Of a stretch of 64,000 nucleotides of DNA, positions 1-12,725 are shown in pieces. Where the stretch lies: the NCBI GenBank assembly GCA_037379345.1, contig CM074518.1, positions 38,219,586 through 38,283,585 of the forward strand, written 5' to 3'. A program made the translations under genes and the position numbers. A model generated the notes under the pieces. That model ran no database searches and was not told where the DNA came from. It was given only the letters and a program-made list of their open reading frames with translations. This stretch comes from Perna viridis. Taxonomy: Eukaryota. Numbering within the stretch: position 1 is the stretch's first letter; every line of letters begins with the position of its first letter.

Positions 1-204
1 GTACATGTTTAACTTGCCCCTTTACTGGTTTCGATATATATATGTATGTTACGCTTCTTTCTGCTACGTGTGTATTGTGATGATAGTATTATATCAAAGC
101 TATTCCTAAAATGTTTGCATTATCTTATATGGATTCAGTGGACCATTTCATTTTATCCAGGAATTATTTGTTTACCGAATTCTGAATTTCATTATTTCTT
201 TCAG

Positions 205-408
205 TTGACCCAATTCTCAACATTTATATACTCGTTACGTCGCTATACAGATACTGTATGTGCTGCTGTTGGCTTTAAAACCAATGATAGGAGGTCAAAA
301 AGTATTATTAATGCCAGATGTGAACGTGCATGTACTTCTGTTTTGCACTGTTTCATGAGTTTCTCGGTAGCGAAGCAGTTGCCTTTCGTATCCATTTTGC
401 TAGTGTAG
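205..408 (+). pseudogene. Decayed CRD zinc-finger cassette, paralogue of cassette 2
   Basis: 1-400 aligns by eye with about 1790-2200, including the intron (ggaattatttgtttaccgaatt...ctttcag|ttgaccca). Many small deletions break the Cys frame (atactgtatgtgctgctgttgg versus atactgtataatgtgctctgttgttgg). Confidence 0.8.
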
Positions 409-814
409 GGGAATGAATCACTTAAATTGTACCATAAGTGCTATACTCCCAAAGTAAATTTAGATTGAATTTTTTGGGGGTTTAACTTGAATCAGTTAAG
501 AATAAGGAGACAAAAAAATACCACTTTGATTCTGGTCAAATGCTTATCCTGTGTCAAATATCTATTAGAGATCTAACTTCAAAGCTGTATTAAGTTAGTA
601 TAGTGTCCATACTTGCACTAACTGTTCAGCGTTCAACATGTGCGGTCGTATCAAAGTGCGCCCCGCAAAGCATTTAATAGTTTAAGTAGATTTGAGTCTT
701 TGAAGTTGTTTCGAGTTCGTAGTATCGATTCATTTTGAAAGCGATAGAATATTGTATGGTTTGGGCTTAAAATGTGTGAAATTCCAAGTTTATTTCTATC
801 GTTTATCCTTTCAG

Positions 815-1137
815 AGGTCTCCGACAATAGAGGTAGTCTATTTTTTACAAACCAACACGTGTTTGTCCGTGACGACACTGGTAGCAACAAGGCCTGTCTG
901 ATGTGTTCAGTTTTTGGCAATAAAACTAAATGTGGAGATGCTAGGAAGACGTATTATAAATGTACAGCTTGTAACGTTTTCTTGTGTAAAGGTGATTCGA
1001 ACTGCTTCAGAAATTTCCATCTTCTGATGGGAGAAACCGCTGTTACGATGCATGGAAGTCGTAGAGAGTTGCGGCAAACATTAGCATCAAAATACAATGA
1101 ATGGTGCAGTAAAACTACTAAAAATCCCACCGAATGA
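815..1137 (+). CDS. Cassette 1: putative alternative terminal exon, piggyBac-type CRD zinc finger
   Basis: Acceptor tttatcctttcAG at 813-814, phase 1. HVFV..CLMC-x18-CTACNVFLCKGDSNCFRNFH plus C-terminal tail. Stop at 1137, AATAAA at 1276. Confidence 0.85.
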
Positions 1138-1972
1138 CAATATAATATCTTTGATGCCTGTCATTGTATTCTCCGTAATTATAAACATAGTAACAGTATG
1201 ATAGATAAGACCTGTACATTCTGATTTACTTTCTCATTGGACGCGTATTGAACGCATATTTAAAGTATATAGTTGAATAAAATTACTATAACTACTAGCA
1301 CTTTGAACATTTGATGCCTTGGTATAAACACTTAAATTTTGTTGTCGTTGGAATCTTCGTGTGATCAGATCTTCTCCAGTACACTTAGTCCAAAATTTAA
1401 TGAGAACATTGTCAGTGTAGATCTAAATGATACTCCTGCATTCGAAATTTAGGATAAATCGCTCTCTGGACTCGATGCATAGAGTTTGATGTTTTAAAAC
1501 AAATATTGTCGCTGTGTTACTTCGTCAATCTGATTTATATATTCCCACTCGACTATCAGATAGTAGATTGGAATCACCCCGTCAACCTGTTCGAATTCCA
1601 TCTTCATTATCATTGCTTGAGTTTCATCTCAATTATCTTTGCTTCCACTGATTGATCCACTTCAAATTTGTTTTGTGGCTTTATTTAGGTGGAACTGAGT
1701 TTGCTTGTTGTTCGATATCGACAGCCTGTTTTGTGGTACTTTCCTATTTTACTGTATGGAACGAGATTGGGGTATATATTAGAAACATCATGGTCATGTT
1801 GAATTTGCCCCTTTAGATACGTATGTTTGTTGTGCTTCTTTCTGGTATCGGTATATCATGGTGCTAGCATTGTATCAACTAAATACTTGCATTATTTTTT
1901 TTTCTGGAATCGATGGAGTATTTCGTTGTTATTCAGGAATAATTTGTTTACCGAATTCGTTTTTACTTTCAG

Positions 1973-2268
1973 TTGACCCAACCAACCTGTCGGTTTCAAT
2001 GCAACATTTATGTACTCGTGACGTCGTCAACAGATACTGTATAATGTGCTCTGTTGTTGGCAATAAAACCACCAAAAGTAAGGAGGTCAAAAAGTCGTAT
2101 TACAAATGCCAGATGTGTAACGTGTACTTGTGCAGGGGTGAATCTAACTGTTTTGCCTTGTTCCATGAGCTTCTTGGTAGCGAAGTAATGACTTTTGTAC
2201 ACGACAGGTCGACGACCAAACAGATATTGAAGGCGAAGTATCAGCGCTTGTTCCGAGAACACAATTGA
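1973..2268 (+). CDS. Cassette 2: CRD terminal exon
   Basis: Acceptor ttttactttcAG at 1971-1972, phase 1. CIMC-x19-CQMCNVYLCRGESNCFALFH. Confidence 0.85.
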
Positions 2269-2527
2269 GGTGTTAGGTAACTGCCACGTGACTTGATTTC
2301 ATGGTGTAGGGAACTCATTCTAACTGATCGACTGCATTTGTTTTGAACTACTGTGTTGTCCTATCTATATGAAAGAAAGTTGTATAGCTAGACATGGCTA
2401 GTATTCAGTTAAAAGTACGGAACTATTTCTTCAGATACTAGTGTTAGCTACTTTGCTGTCTTGTATGTGCAATGAATGATATTTTTTAAAGTTGCGCAGA
2501 TATGAGAAAAGTGCTTCTTTCTTTCAG

Positions 2528-2925
2528 ACGTTTCCAGGAATAAAAGAACTGACGAAAATCCTCAAGCACAGCACAGACTTGTGTATACTGAAGAAAAACG
2601 ATTAAGAAAATGCGTTTATTGCTATCATAAAAATGTGAAGACTTACAGCGGACATGCTGTGACGTCATATTTCCAATGTCAGGCTTGTGGAGTTGCTTTG
2701 TGCAAGACCATGCGAACTTGCTTTGTTGATTTTCATAAGTACATCGAGGAATCTGGTAACCCGATACAAATCGTTGATGGACGAAGGAATCGGTCTATCA
2801 AGTCTGAAGCATGCACCATTCCTTCGTTTAGGTCGGATGGTCGATCATCTGTTGATACTTGTACCCAAGATCCTGCACAAGAATATACTTATTGCATCAC
2901 CCTATCCTCTCCTGAATCTCAGTGA
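2528..2925 (+). CDS. Cassette 3: CRD terminal exon
   Basis: Acceptor cttctttctttcAG at 2526-2527, phase 1. HRLVYTEEKRLRKCVYC-x18-CQACGVALCKTMRTCFVDFH with a long tail. Confidence 0.85.
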
Positions 2926-3341
2926 TGTGGTCCCTGTTATTGGGTGCTCAATGAAAAAGGTTGAGGTTACATCATATTAACTTGAGTTGGCATATAAACT
3001 GTATCATAGACTTGTAAAAAGATGAAGGCAAAATGATTGTCTATATGTTGAATGAATAATGGTCAAATAGCAAGGAGTTGACATATAAAGGCGGGACTGA
3101 AATGGCGGGAAAGGGTTTTATTTTTACTTAAGTCGTGAAGACCCGATTGTACCTTCGTAGAAAATAACTGCTATACATGGAAGTTTGTCATTGACATGCA
3201 ATTATTATATATAATAGCTAGTGTAGAAACCTATACGTGTAAGAAACTCGTTAAAATAACATTAAACACATCTTGCAAGTTTTATGATTAAGCTGAGTTA
3301 GTTTGTAAAATGTTGACATTGGATCTGTTTTCCATTTTCAG

Positions 3342-3640
3342 ATCCACGAACTATAGAGACTGCAAAATCTAGCGATTTTTTCACATTCAAAGGAAACAAA
3401 CCAATATCCCTCCAGCAGTTACAATCAGTTGGTCATTTCATTGTTCCCACGTTTGAGAGAAAACTAAGACCTTGTATTCTTTGCTCTATGTGTAAAGTAA
3501 AAACGAAGTCTGGATGGCGTGTGTATACACGATATAAATGTGCTGGTTGTGACGTTCCATTGTGTACCAAACACCGAGACTGTTTCTTGATCTATCATAC
3601 CACTCTTCTTCAACACGCAGAGTCTTCAAACTTGTCTTGA
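3342..3640 (+). CDS. Cassette 4: CRD terminal exon (absent from the ORF track)
   Basis: Acceptor ttttccattttcAG at 3340-3341, phase 1. Manual translation: (D)PRTIETAKSSDFFTFKGNKPISLQQLQSVGHFIVPTFERKLRPCILCSMCKVKTKSGWRVYTRYKCAGCDVPLCTKHRDCFLIYHTTLLQHAESSNLS*. Confidence 0.85.
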
Positions 3641-3814
3641 GAAAAGGAACTTTTTGCTAATAAAAAAGCATATTGAAAAAAAAAGTATATGATAGTTTTT
3701 TGAAGATTTTTTCTGACATTTGACAGTTCTTACCGTCGTTTATGATTGTATAAATAGTGTTGGTTAGTTAATAATAAAAGCATTATTCAGTTTAACTATC
3801 GTTTTCCCTTTCAG

Positions 3815-4110
3815 AATATGCCGACAAACGATGCCATAGCCATAGAGATTTATTAGTTTGTTCATCCGTTTCTACTCTTGGAGCAATGGGTCACGTGTTA
3901 GTGAATAACCCGGATGGAAAGGCTAAGGCTTGTGTTTATTGTCTGAAAAATAATATCAAATCTAAAGCCGGATGGAAAGTTTATACTCGGAACAGGTGTT
4001 TGCTATGTGATGTTGCCTTGTGCACAAAAAACAGGCCATGTTTTTACCTACATCACAAGCCTTTATTAGACAACATAAATACATTTGGAACTGATTTACA
4101 GAAAGATTAA
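3815..4110 (+). CDS. Cassette 5: CRD terminal exon
   Basis: Acceptor ttttccctttcAG at 3813-3814, phase 1. GHVLV..CVYC-x18-CLLCDVALCTKNRPCFYLHH. Confidence 0.85.
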
Positions 4111-5049
4111 CTTATTTGGAAGTTGATAGTAAATTCAGTCTAAGCATGCTTAAGCTGTATAATTAGTCTTTTGTAGTTGCTTATTGTGATCTGATTGATA
4201 TTTTTACACTTTACGAACGGTCATCACTTTTAAAATTTTGTATATGTAAGAAATACTTGACTGATAAGCTAGAAGACGGGTTGATACAAATATGGCTTGT
4301 AAGTCTTGTTACTTGATCATGTGAATTCACGAGAATGGGTGAGAGTTCAAACTCCAATACTAAAGCTTACGAAGTGGTTCTTCATAGAGTAAAGACTACA
4401 ATTTTATCAATGAAACTGTCTTATGCACAAATGTTATTTTAAGAGTATGACGCTTCAAAATATTTTACTTTCTGTGATAGAACGATTAATCGAGGGGTGG
4501 GGGGAGGGGGCATTTTTTCTATGCAATGAGGGGAGAATAGGTCTGTCGGCTCTTGTTTGATCATAGTTCAATATCACTTCTGAAAAATTGACATTATAAC
4601 TCTCAAGTTCACGCATGATGGTTGTGATGGTTGTTTTACATTATTTACTACAATGTAAATACTACGAACCTAGATGAAAACCATACTCATATCTTGCAAA
4701 TATAATGTTCAGACATTGTTCAACGACCATTATCTTAAATCACAATAATACGCTGAGAGCAGGAAGTCGTCTGCTTTTTAGTGCTCCTCATCCATATGTT
4801 AAAGAATTAATCGAATGGAATTATTTTTTTAAAATTGACTTCAGTTTCGGTACAATAGTTTCATTTTTGTTGTGATAAGTACTTTGTGGAATAATTATGG
4901 ATCATTTTCATTGAGAATTCTGAGTAGTGTTGCTTAGTAGTATAATGGATTCTTTCGGCGTTCAGCAGCCACTTCCGCTCAGTATTATTAATAGTAAGGG
5001 TTTTACGTAACTTATTTGTTACACAAGACAACTTCAATAAAGCTAAATT

Positions 5050-5262
5050 TACTATTGCAAACTTATTAATTTTTGCGGGCTACTAATTTTCTCTATTTTT
5101 GCGGTGGACAGATAAGGAATAAAATAAGGACCCGCGAAATTTATTTTTTACCCTATAAAACGTTAATCATATGTGAAACCGCGAAAGATCATACCCGCGA
5201 ATATGCTCATTTGACAGAATCCGCGAACATTAACAACCGTGAAAATTGATACGTTTACAGTT
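5050..5262. mobile_element. Degenerate MITE-like repeat with internal CCGCGAA motifs
   Basis: Imperfect ends (tactattgcaaac ... gtttacagtt), ttttgcgg motifs on the left and repeated ccgcgaa on the right. Confidence 0.45.
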
Positions 5263-5503
5263 ATCTTAATAATATTCTCAGAAGTATTGACTGCATTTTT
5301 AAATTGGTGACGCTATTGGTAATGTGAAATATTTACCTTTGTAACTACATGTCCCATTTTATCGTACGGTTCCAGACCCGACTTTCATCTGCCTCTTTTA
5401 CTGTTTGTTTTCATCTGATTTTACCAAGTTGAGCTCGCTAAGTCAAAACAGAGAAAACATTTCTGTTTACAGTGTTGATACCTTTTTGTTTTCTTTGTTT
5501 CAG

Positions 5504-5802
5504 ACCAATCTGGCCAAAGTATGGGGACTCTGCCATTTTATCCATATACGGGACAACGAATCGATAGTGCATCATGGGAAAAACTGAAATCTTTAGGCCA
5601 TTGTATCACACCGACAGAGGGTCGGAAAGTTACTCCTTGTGTTTATTGCTCTATAAATTCTGTCCGTTCTAAGACAGGGCGTAAAACCTACACAAGAAAT
5701 AAATGTGGGCTTTGTGATATACCGCTTTGTACAAAAAATAGAGACTGCTTTAATCTTTTCCATTGGTCGGTATTGGAGAAAATATTTGAGGGTTCAGGAT
5801 AG
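5504..5802 (+). CDS. Cassette 6: CRD terminal exon
   Basis: Acceptor ttttctttgtttcAG at 5502-5503, phase 1. GHCIT..CVYC-x18-CGLCDIPLCTKNRDCFNLFH. AATAAA at 5910. Confidence 0.85.
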
Positions 5803-6849
5803 ACATAACGAATGGTATTACTGCTTTTGAACAGTCATTTGAAAAAAAAAAAATGAAATGTATATGTATAAATGTCTGTACAATTTGTATTGGGGATATA
5901 TCGGTTATAAATAAAATTAGTTTGTTTTTTTTTTCTCTTGATATGATTATTTAACCAGATATTATAGGTTTATTGTTAACGTCATTTACCAAGCCACGTG
6001 TTGATTTCTTGGGTTTGAGCCGGGAGGAGGATTGTTAGGATTTTTCCAACTGTCCTATGGGTCTTGTCAAATGATCAATGATGGAAAATTGCATCGATTA
6101 ACCTGTCCGATTCATAATCTTATGAAGCCATACCTCTAGATGCAAAAATAATTTAATAATCCATAAGATACCATGAAAACTTCCCCATTCATAAGGAGAT
6201 AACAACAGAAACATTTCCATACCCATAATGCATCAAGTAGTTTTACCCCACTCATTAGATTCGGACATATATTGCTATAGCCTAATCCGTTCATCTTTTT
6301 GTTTCACTTTTCTGTAACAGATTTATCAGCTTCTACTGGAGGGAATTCTTAGATATAAGGTATATTGCTTTTGCATGATGACTTTTTTTACTTTGCGTCG
6401 CCTTTACAGATCATTGCTTATCTACTTCCTGTCTGTCCTATGACTTAATTTGACAGAATTTGGTTACAAGGGGCTATCTTAGCACGATGTTACGTTTAAC
6501 TTCTTGTTGAAATTCAGTGTAAATGTTGCTCTACAGTCTTGTCAAAGTGTGTAGGTATCAGGCGTGCGAAGATTTATATGGCTTTGCCGAAAGGCAAGCA
6601 TGTATTGCATGGTAGTAGGTGTTTCAAGGACGCGAAGGATCTAACAAGGTCAGCTTTCTTTTGAGTAATGGCTATTTGCAAACATTTGACATGTGCTGAT
6701 AGTACGACTATATTTTCCTAGATATCTTTTTAGACTTTGTCGATTATCTTGGAATACTTCGCCCAATTTAGAATACTTCAGTTCAAAATATGTAACTTGA
6801 TTTTAGACGTTTTCTTGGTAATTTGAAGTTGGTACGTTTTACCTTTCAG

Positions 6850-7133
6850 GGATGATTGCTGTCCCATCAGATATAGATAACAGGCTTGCTAATATACAAT
6901 TTTGGAGGAGTCTTGGACACAATGGCGGCGACACCGAGGGAAGGAAAGTTCGTCCCTGTAAACTCTGTAGCATGCAAAATATTCGATCAAGTTCTGGACA
7001 GAAGGTCAAAGTTCGCCATCGTTGTCTGGCTTGTGACGTACCTCTCTGTATGGGACAGAGAGATTGTTTTTACCATTATCACCAATTGCTGTTTAGCACA
7101 AAAAGTGCTGAACCGTCAGTTGACATGAAGTAA
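6850..7133 (+). CDS. Cassette 7: CRD terminal exon
   Basis: Acceptor ttttacctttcAG at 6848-6849, phase 1. CKLC-x18-CLACDVPLCMGQRDCFYHYH. Confidence 0.85.
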
Positions 7134-7305
7134 TTTAAGTGAGTCCATTTAGGTTACGGTCGACTGGCGAACATTTCGGACCGAAAACCATATGAACGTT
7201 TTTAACTGTATGAATGGATGATCATGTGTATTTTGTTGTCATGTTGATGAAAATGGTCGTCTGTTTAAATCAAATGTTTACGATCCTCTCAATTTTTCCT
7301 TTCAG

Positions 7306-7568
7306 ACACGGATGGATTTTCCCCAGATTACAAAGAAAGATTGGAAAATTTACAATCTTGGCAAAATCGTGGACATATTGTTGTCGATACTGATGACAAA
7401 AAAGTTCGAATATGCAAACTTTGTAACATGAACAATATCCGTTCTTTGTCAGGGCAGAAAATCAGAGTTCGTCATCGTTGTCTTGGGTGCAATATTCCAT
7501 TATGTGTTCGTCAAAGAGACTGTTTCTATAAGTATCACTTAGCGATTTTTAATCAGTCAATAAGTTGA
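7306..7568 (+). CDS. Cassette 8: CRD terminal exon
   Basis: Acceptor tttttcctttcAG at 7304-7305, phase 1. CKLC-x18-CLGCNIPLCVRQRDCFYKYH. Confidence 0.85.
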
Positions 7569-7758
7569 GGTTTTGGTTATTTTTGGACAAGATGTCCTCG
7601 TCTGAATGTCAAAGAACAGTCTTACTACCAGTTGCGCATGTTGCAAACGTTATATAGACTTTTGAGAAAGATTATTGTATTATTTCATCATTCTTTGTTG
7701 TCAAGACGTTTGATTAAGTCATCAAAACTTGTCATGGATCCGTTTTTATTTTTTCCAG

Positions 7759-8045
7759 ATTTGGTACCCAAAATCTACATCAACCCACGTTTAATGACAA
7801 CAAAGGATGATGCTTTGAGAATTTTATCTATTCAGGGTCATACGATAATTGATACAGAAGAAAAACGGCTAAAACCCTGTGTTGTGTGTGCCGAGCGTAA
7901 CGTTCGATCGCATCGGGGCCATTGTATACGAATTCGCCATCAGTGTTCTAAATGCCGAGTAGCTTTGTGTATTGGATATAGAGATTGTTTCACCGCTCAC
8001 CATCAGTCCTTATTAGATCCAGATTGCAAATCAGATATCATTTGA
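7759..8045 (+). CDS. Cassette 9: CRD terminal exon
   Basis: Acceptor tttttattttttccAG at 7757-7758, phase 1. CVVC-x18-CSKCRVALCIGYRDCFTAHH. Confidence 0.85.
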
Positions 8046-8175
8046 AACGTTGAAGTAGTCATTAATACGAAACAAATTGAGTATTTGGATTCATCTTTTT
8101 TTTTTATTTGGGCAGTTACGTATTTTAGTTTTTTCTTCACAAGGATTGAAATGTTCCTTTTGTCTATATTTTCAG

Positions 8176-8438
8176 ACATGCAATATCTCGGGGAGAGTAC
8201 TCGTTGTTCCAAGGATAATCGAGCTTACTGTCTCCAAGCTCTTTCCTTATATGGTCACAGAATTGTCGACACTCAAGGGCAAAGACTTCGAGCGTGTGTT
8301 GTGTGTGCTAGTCGCAATACTCGATCTAGATTTGGACTTAAAGTTAGAATAAGGCACCAATGCTCGAAATGCGGAGTTGCATTATGTGTTGGGAAACGTA
8401 ATTGTTTCTCAATCTACCACGATTCTCTTTTACAATAG
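8176..8438 (+). CDS. Cassette 10: CRD terminal exon
   Basis: Acceptor tctatattttcAG at 8174-8175, phase 1. CVVC-x18-CSKCGVALCVGKRNCFSIYH. AATAAA at 8504 and 8517. Confidence 0.85.
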
Positions 8439-9781
8439 AATGAAGACCGATAAATAATGTGTCAAAAATTTTTGTACAGTGTGTATATGTTATCATAATC
8501 TCCAATAAATATTGTTAATAAAAACTGTGTTTTTATTAAAACAAGTGTGGATTCTGAAAGATTAAGGAATTCATTTTCTTGACTTTTCTATACGTTCAAT
8601 ATTGAAATACATAGATTGCTATCTTCTTTACTTGTATTTATATTTATTTGTTTACTTTATTTATGTTTGTAAGTATTGGGTTCTCTCGGTGGTCTATAAA
8701 TCCGGTTCAGTGTGTTGGACTTGTATAAAGCAGGATCTGTTTAATTTTCCAATCGTTGTCGTCACATCTGCTATTAGGATATCCAGTAAATTTCAAGTTA
8801 GATCTAGTTTTAATTATATGATCAGTGGTCACAAGAATCACCTAAGAGTCATGCTGGAAGTGATTTTTAAATATTTTGCTAAGAATTATTGAAACTCAGC
8901 AATGGTTCCATGTAATCTTTCTTCCAGTGGCATTCATTTTAGAATGATATCGACATCACTTGAACCTCAAATATCTTACAAGGGGTAGTTTACGCAAGAA
9001 AAAAATAATTCTGTACCTAAAGCATGAATACTATGTCATTTATTCTATTGAAATACTTCTAGTACCTAATTATAATTTTGCTTAACCTCTATTTAATGAT
9101 ACAAAAGGTAACGATGATAGTTTAATCTCGTACGTAGATAGGAGACGCGAAAACTTCAAACATTCTCAGCTTTGAAAAAATGTGAACGGAGGCTTACATT
9201 ATGAAGGGCTATTGCAACTTTTTACCACAATTTTGTTTCGAAACTTGAACCACTGCTTAGTGTTCTAATTCACAAATTACAAATTGTGATGCTTTGAAAC
9301 TACCGGACTTCAACAAGTAAAAAATCTTTTAAAGTCCCCAAAACACTGAGGCTTCTTTTGTATTGTACATGGTAGAACGATTTCGTAATGGATGTGACTT
9401 CCTATTTCGATAGTTTGGGTTTTCGTGTTCTTGTATACTATTACTTTTGGATTTAGATCTTCCTGTGATTTTAATTCAAATGTTGCGGATGAAAGGTCAC
9501 TCCATAAAACAGCAAAACAAAATATGCAATATTGATATGATGGATAGTTTTGTATTAATGAAACAATTTGAAAGATTATGGAGTTATGAAAATTTGCTAT
9601 TTAAGCGTTGTCTTGAAATACCGAGACCAAGAAACGTAATAACTAATGGCTCGAGGGAAACCATTACATATATACCAGTGCACTTTTCATATATCTTATA
9701 TGTTTATTGAATCAACCGATGTATTATTGACTCTTCAACAGTCGTGAACAAGGATTGACGCCACATTATTTTATCTTTCAG

Positions 9782-10065
9782 GGTTTGATCCATTTGTATT
9801 ATCTTGCTATGCGACTGATGTGCAACAGAGAGCTAAGAAAAGAGAACAAACACAACAGCTTGCCAATCTCGGGCATGCTGTAGTTGATACGTTCAGTAAA
9901 AGGAAGAAAATATGTGTACAGTGCCTTAAAAACAATGTCCGTGCACCGTCAGGAGAAAGAGTTCGGGTGCGACAGCAGTGTGGGACATGTAACGTTCCGC
10001 TTTGTGTTGGATTCCGAACCTGTTTTGTCGATTTTCATAAAGCCCTTCTGGACAAACATTCTTAA
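9782..10065 (+). CDS. Cassette 11: CRD terminal exon
   Basis: Acceptor ttattttatctttcAG at 9780-9781, phase 1. CVQC-x18-CGTCNVPLCVGFRTCFVDFH. AATAAA at 10404. Confidence 0.85.
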
Positions 10066-11043
10066 CAATTTCGAGGTTTTAGAGTCATTTCTGTTGTCGA
10101 TATGTTAAAAGAACGTTTGTAATGGATCTGATGTACTAAATACTAGGAATATGTGATTTACACGTAGTTCTTCTAGACAATCATAAACCTGGAGAGTTTT
10201 GAAAAAAAATATGTATATTCCATCATGTTTCTTTTTTTATCTGAGTATTGGATTGGTTATTTTATATAGTTTTAATGAACCTGGCCAATTTGTAATAATT
10301 TGATTTTAACTTGCTTTGGCCGAATTATTGGAATTTGCATTGAATTACGTATTCATAAAGGCTTGCATGTTGTAACTCATTGCTTCTTTTTATATTCGAA
10401 TGGAATAAAAACTCATGAGCATGATGACATTGAAGTTTTTTTTCATGTCAAAGAGTTTCAGTAGATTGTTAGTGTTTAACCTAGGAAGTCCTTGGGTGAA
10501 GGATCTTAAACATAGACACAACAATTGTTGGCATTCTTCATGTTAAGGGCCGAATTTTTCAGAAATTTTTCTCATTGTGGATTATATTTTTAGGACTGGA
10601 TTATTCTTCATTTGATTTTGTTCTGAACCGAAATCATGGGGAAAAAATGAAATAGAATATTCCCGCCTATATGTCGTAATCTCCCTCAAGCTGGATGTTT
10701 TCATAGTGTTCTTTTTTCCGGTTGTTTTTTCTTCTTGTGCGTCAGTTGAACGCGTATTTTTGATGTCCGTTCCTTTTCACACAATCTCTATATTATAGTT
10801 TATTGTGTCGTTGATTACTGATTTTTCTGGTCCTATGTCTGTTAACTGCTGTCATCTTAACATTTAAGATGTATTGGATTTTGGCTTTGAATAAATCCGA
10901 TTTCGTTAGTTCTCGTAACCATAGCTACCCTTGTCAATTGCTGGTTGTGAATAAAACTGTATACAATTATTTCTCCGATTCTAACAGCAAACTTCAACGA
11001 TTATGAGTCGCTTAACGGAATAAATGTTTCTTTCTCCTTTCAG

Positions 11044-11345
11044 ATTTACCAGCCCTTCAACAAATGGCATCAAAAACCGATGGGTTACCGATTGATCTTG
11101 AACAAAGGAAATACTTTGAGCTTGATCATAGACATTTTATGACATTTTTAGAAACCAAGGGCCATATTATCGTAAATACCATTGACTGTAAATTAAAACC
11201 GTGTAAATACTGTTCTAAGTACAAAATAAAAACGAAATCCGGATATCTAGCAAGGACCAGAAACAAATGTTATCTATGTGATGTTCCTTTGTGCACGAAA
11301 AATCGTGATTGTTTTTACCAGTACCACAAATCATTTATTCAATGA
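11044..11345 (+). CDS. Cassette 12: CRD terminal exon
   Basis: Acceptor tttctttctcctttcAG at 11042-11043, phase 1. CKYC-x18-CYLCDVPLCTKNRDCFYQYH. AATAAA at 11390. Confidence 0.85.
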
Positions 11346-11419
11346 TGTAAGATGGATGGAAGTACGGTGTTATAACTTATTTTCTCATTAATAAACACTC
11401 ATCCATTGTTTCCTTGCAG

Positions 11420-11697
11420 GCTTGCACGATATTCCTTTCCTATCGTCTGCTATGGTGGAAATGAACCAGATATCCCATGATTCCATGCGCGAACATAAGC
11501 TTGTTCCGCTGGAACACAATCGTAGGAAGAGATGTAAATATTGCCAAATACGGCGGGTGAGAACAGCTGCGGGTGGGACATCTGAAACTGCCTACCATTG
11601 TCTGGCTTGCCAAATACCTTTGTGCCCCGGAATTAGATCAGGAAGGGATTGTTTTATCAAATATCACAAGGAATATATATTTCCCAGTCAAACTTAG
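11420..11697 (+). CDS. Cassette 13: CRD terminal exon
   Basis: Acceptor ttgtttccttgcAG at 11418-11419, phase 1. CKYC-x18-CLACQIPLCPGIRSGRDCFIKYH. AATAAA at 11979. Confidence 0.85.
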
Positions 11698-12725
11698 CTC
11701 TGATTCAAGCATACATTCTGTTCTCTTAGATTGGACTTGAATTGTTTGTCAAACATATACAGAATCATTATGTAGTTGTTTTCCAGAAACATAAAAAAAC
11801 TAAACCTGAGCAGAGGCAATGATAACACACCGTTTGTTTAGGAATTAGACTGCATCGTTTATCCATTCGCTTATTGTTGTTTTCGTAAAATAGATGGTAG
11901 AACTTGACTTTGTTGTTGTTGATTTATTTACAGTTGTTACGTACTTTTTGTTAAAATGTGTATCCAGATTTTGTAGTAAATAAATAATCTATTCAAATTG
12001 TACGAGTTGTCTCTGAACTTATACATTTTTTCTTTTGTGTATTCTGGAATGGGTTTGAAATGACCCTTAAGAAATATTTCCATAAATCTCTCCGTTTTTT
12101 CATCACTGTATTTTCCGCGTTATAACTTACATGTGCAACGTTGTGAGTGGAGAATTCAATGCCACTGTATGCGGATATGTATTAAAATCGATTATCTCCA
12201 TATGTTTTTTGTAACAACTGAACCGTCATTTTTGACCCTTCGGAAGATGTACCTTGGACATTAATTCAAGTTTTGAATCTGTCAGGATATATGTTTACAG
12301 TATTTGTACTATGCAATGCATATCTGACATTTTCCCGATGCAATCCGTATAGTTTTGCTTTTTTTACCCTTTGACCTTAAAGACGCCATTCCATGGAAAT
12401 GAAAGTCACTTAATCGAAGTTCTGTTTCGGAAATTGAAATTGTGTGCTATATGTTATTTCCTGAATGAAATGAAGAAAATTTTAAGGAAAAAGAACAAAT
12501 TTTACTGCGTCGGTTGTCCTTTTTTAGATAGTACCTGTTTTCCAATACTATACGTCTTAACAAAAAGTGCCTCACTAGAGTAGTGTCGCGTTTTTCGTTC
12601 TATTAGTACACAGGGTTAGATAAGGTCTTTGTTTTTCTCTTGTTCCTGGTTTAATTTAAGGATACATTGTTCGATTAGAATGTTTGGGTTCTCTGAAGAT
12701 TGATTGAAGCTATTTCTTCTTGCAG

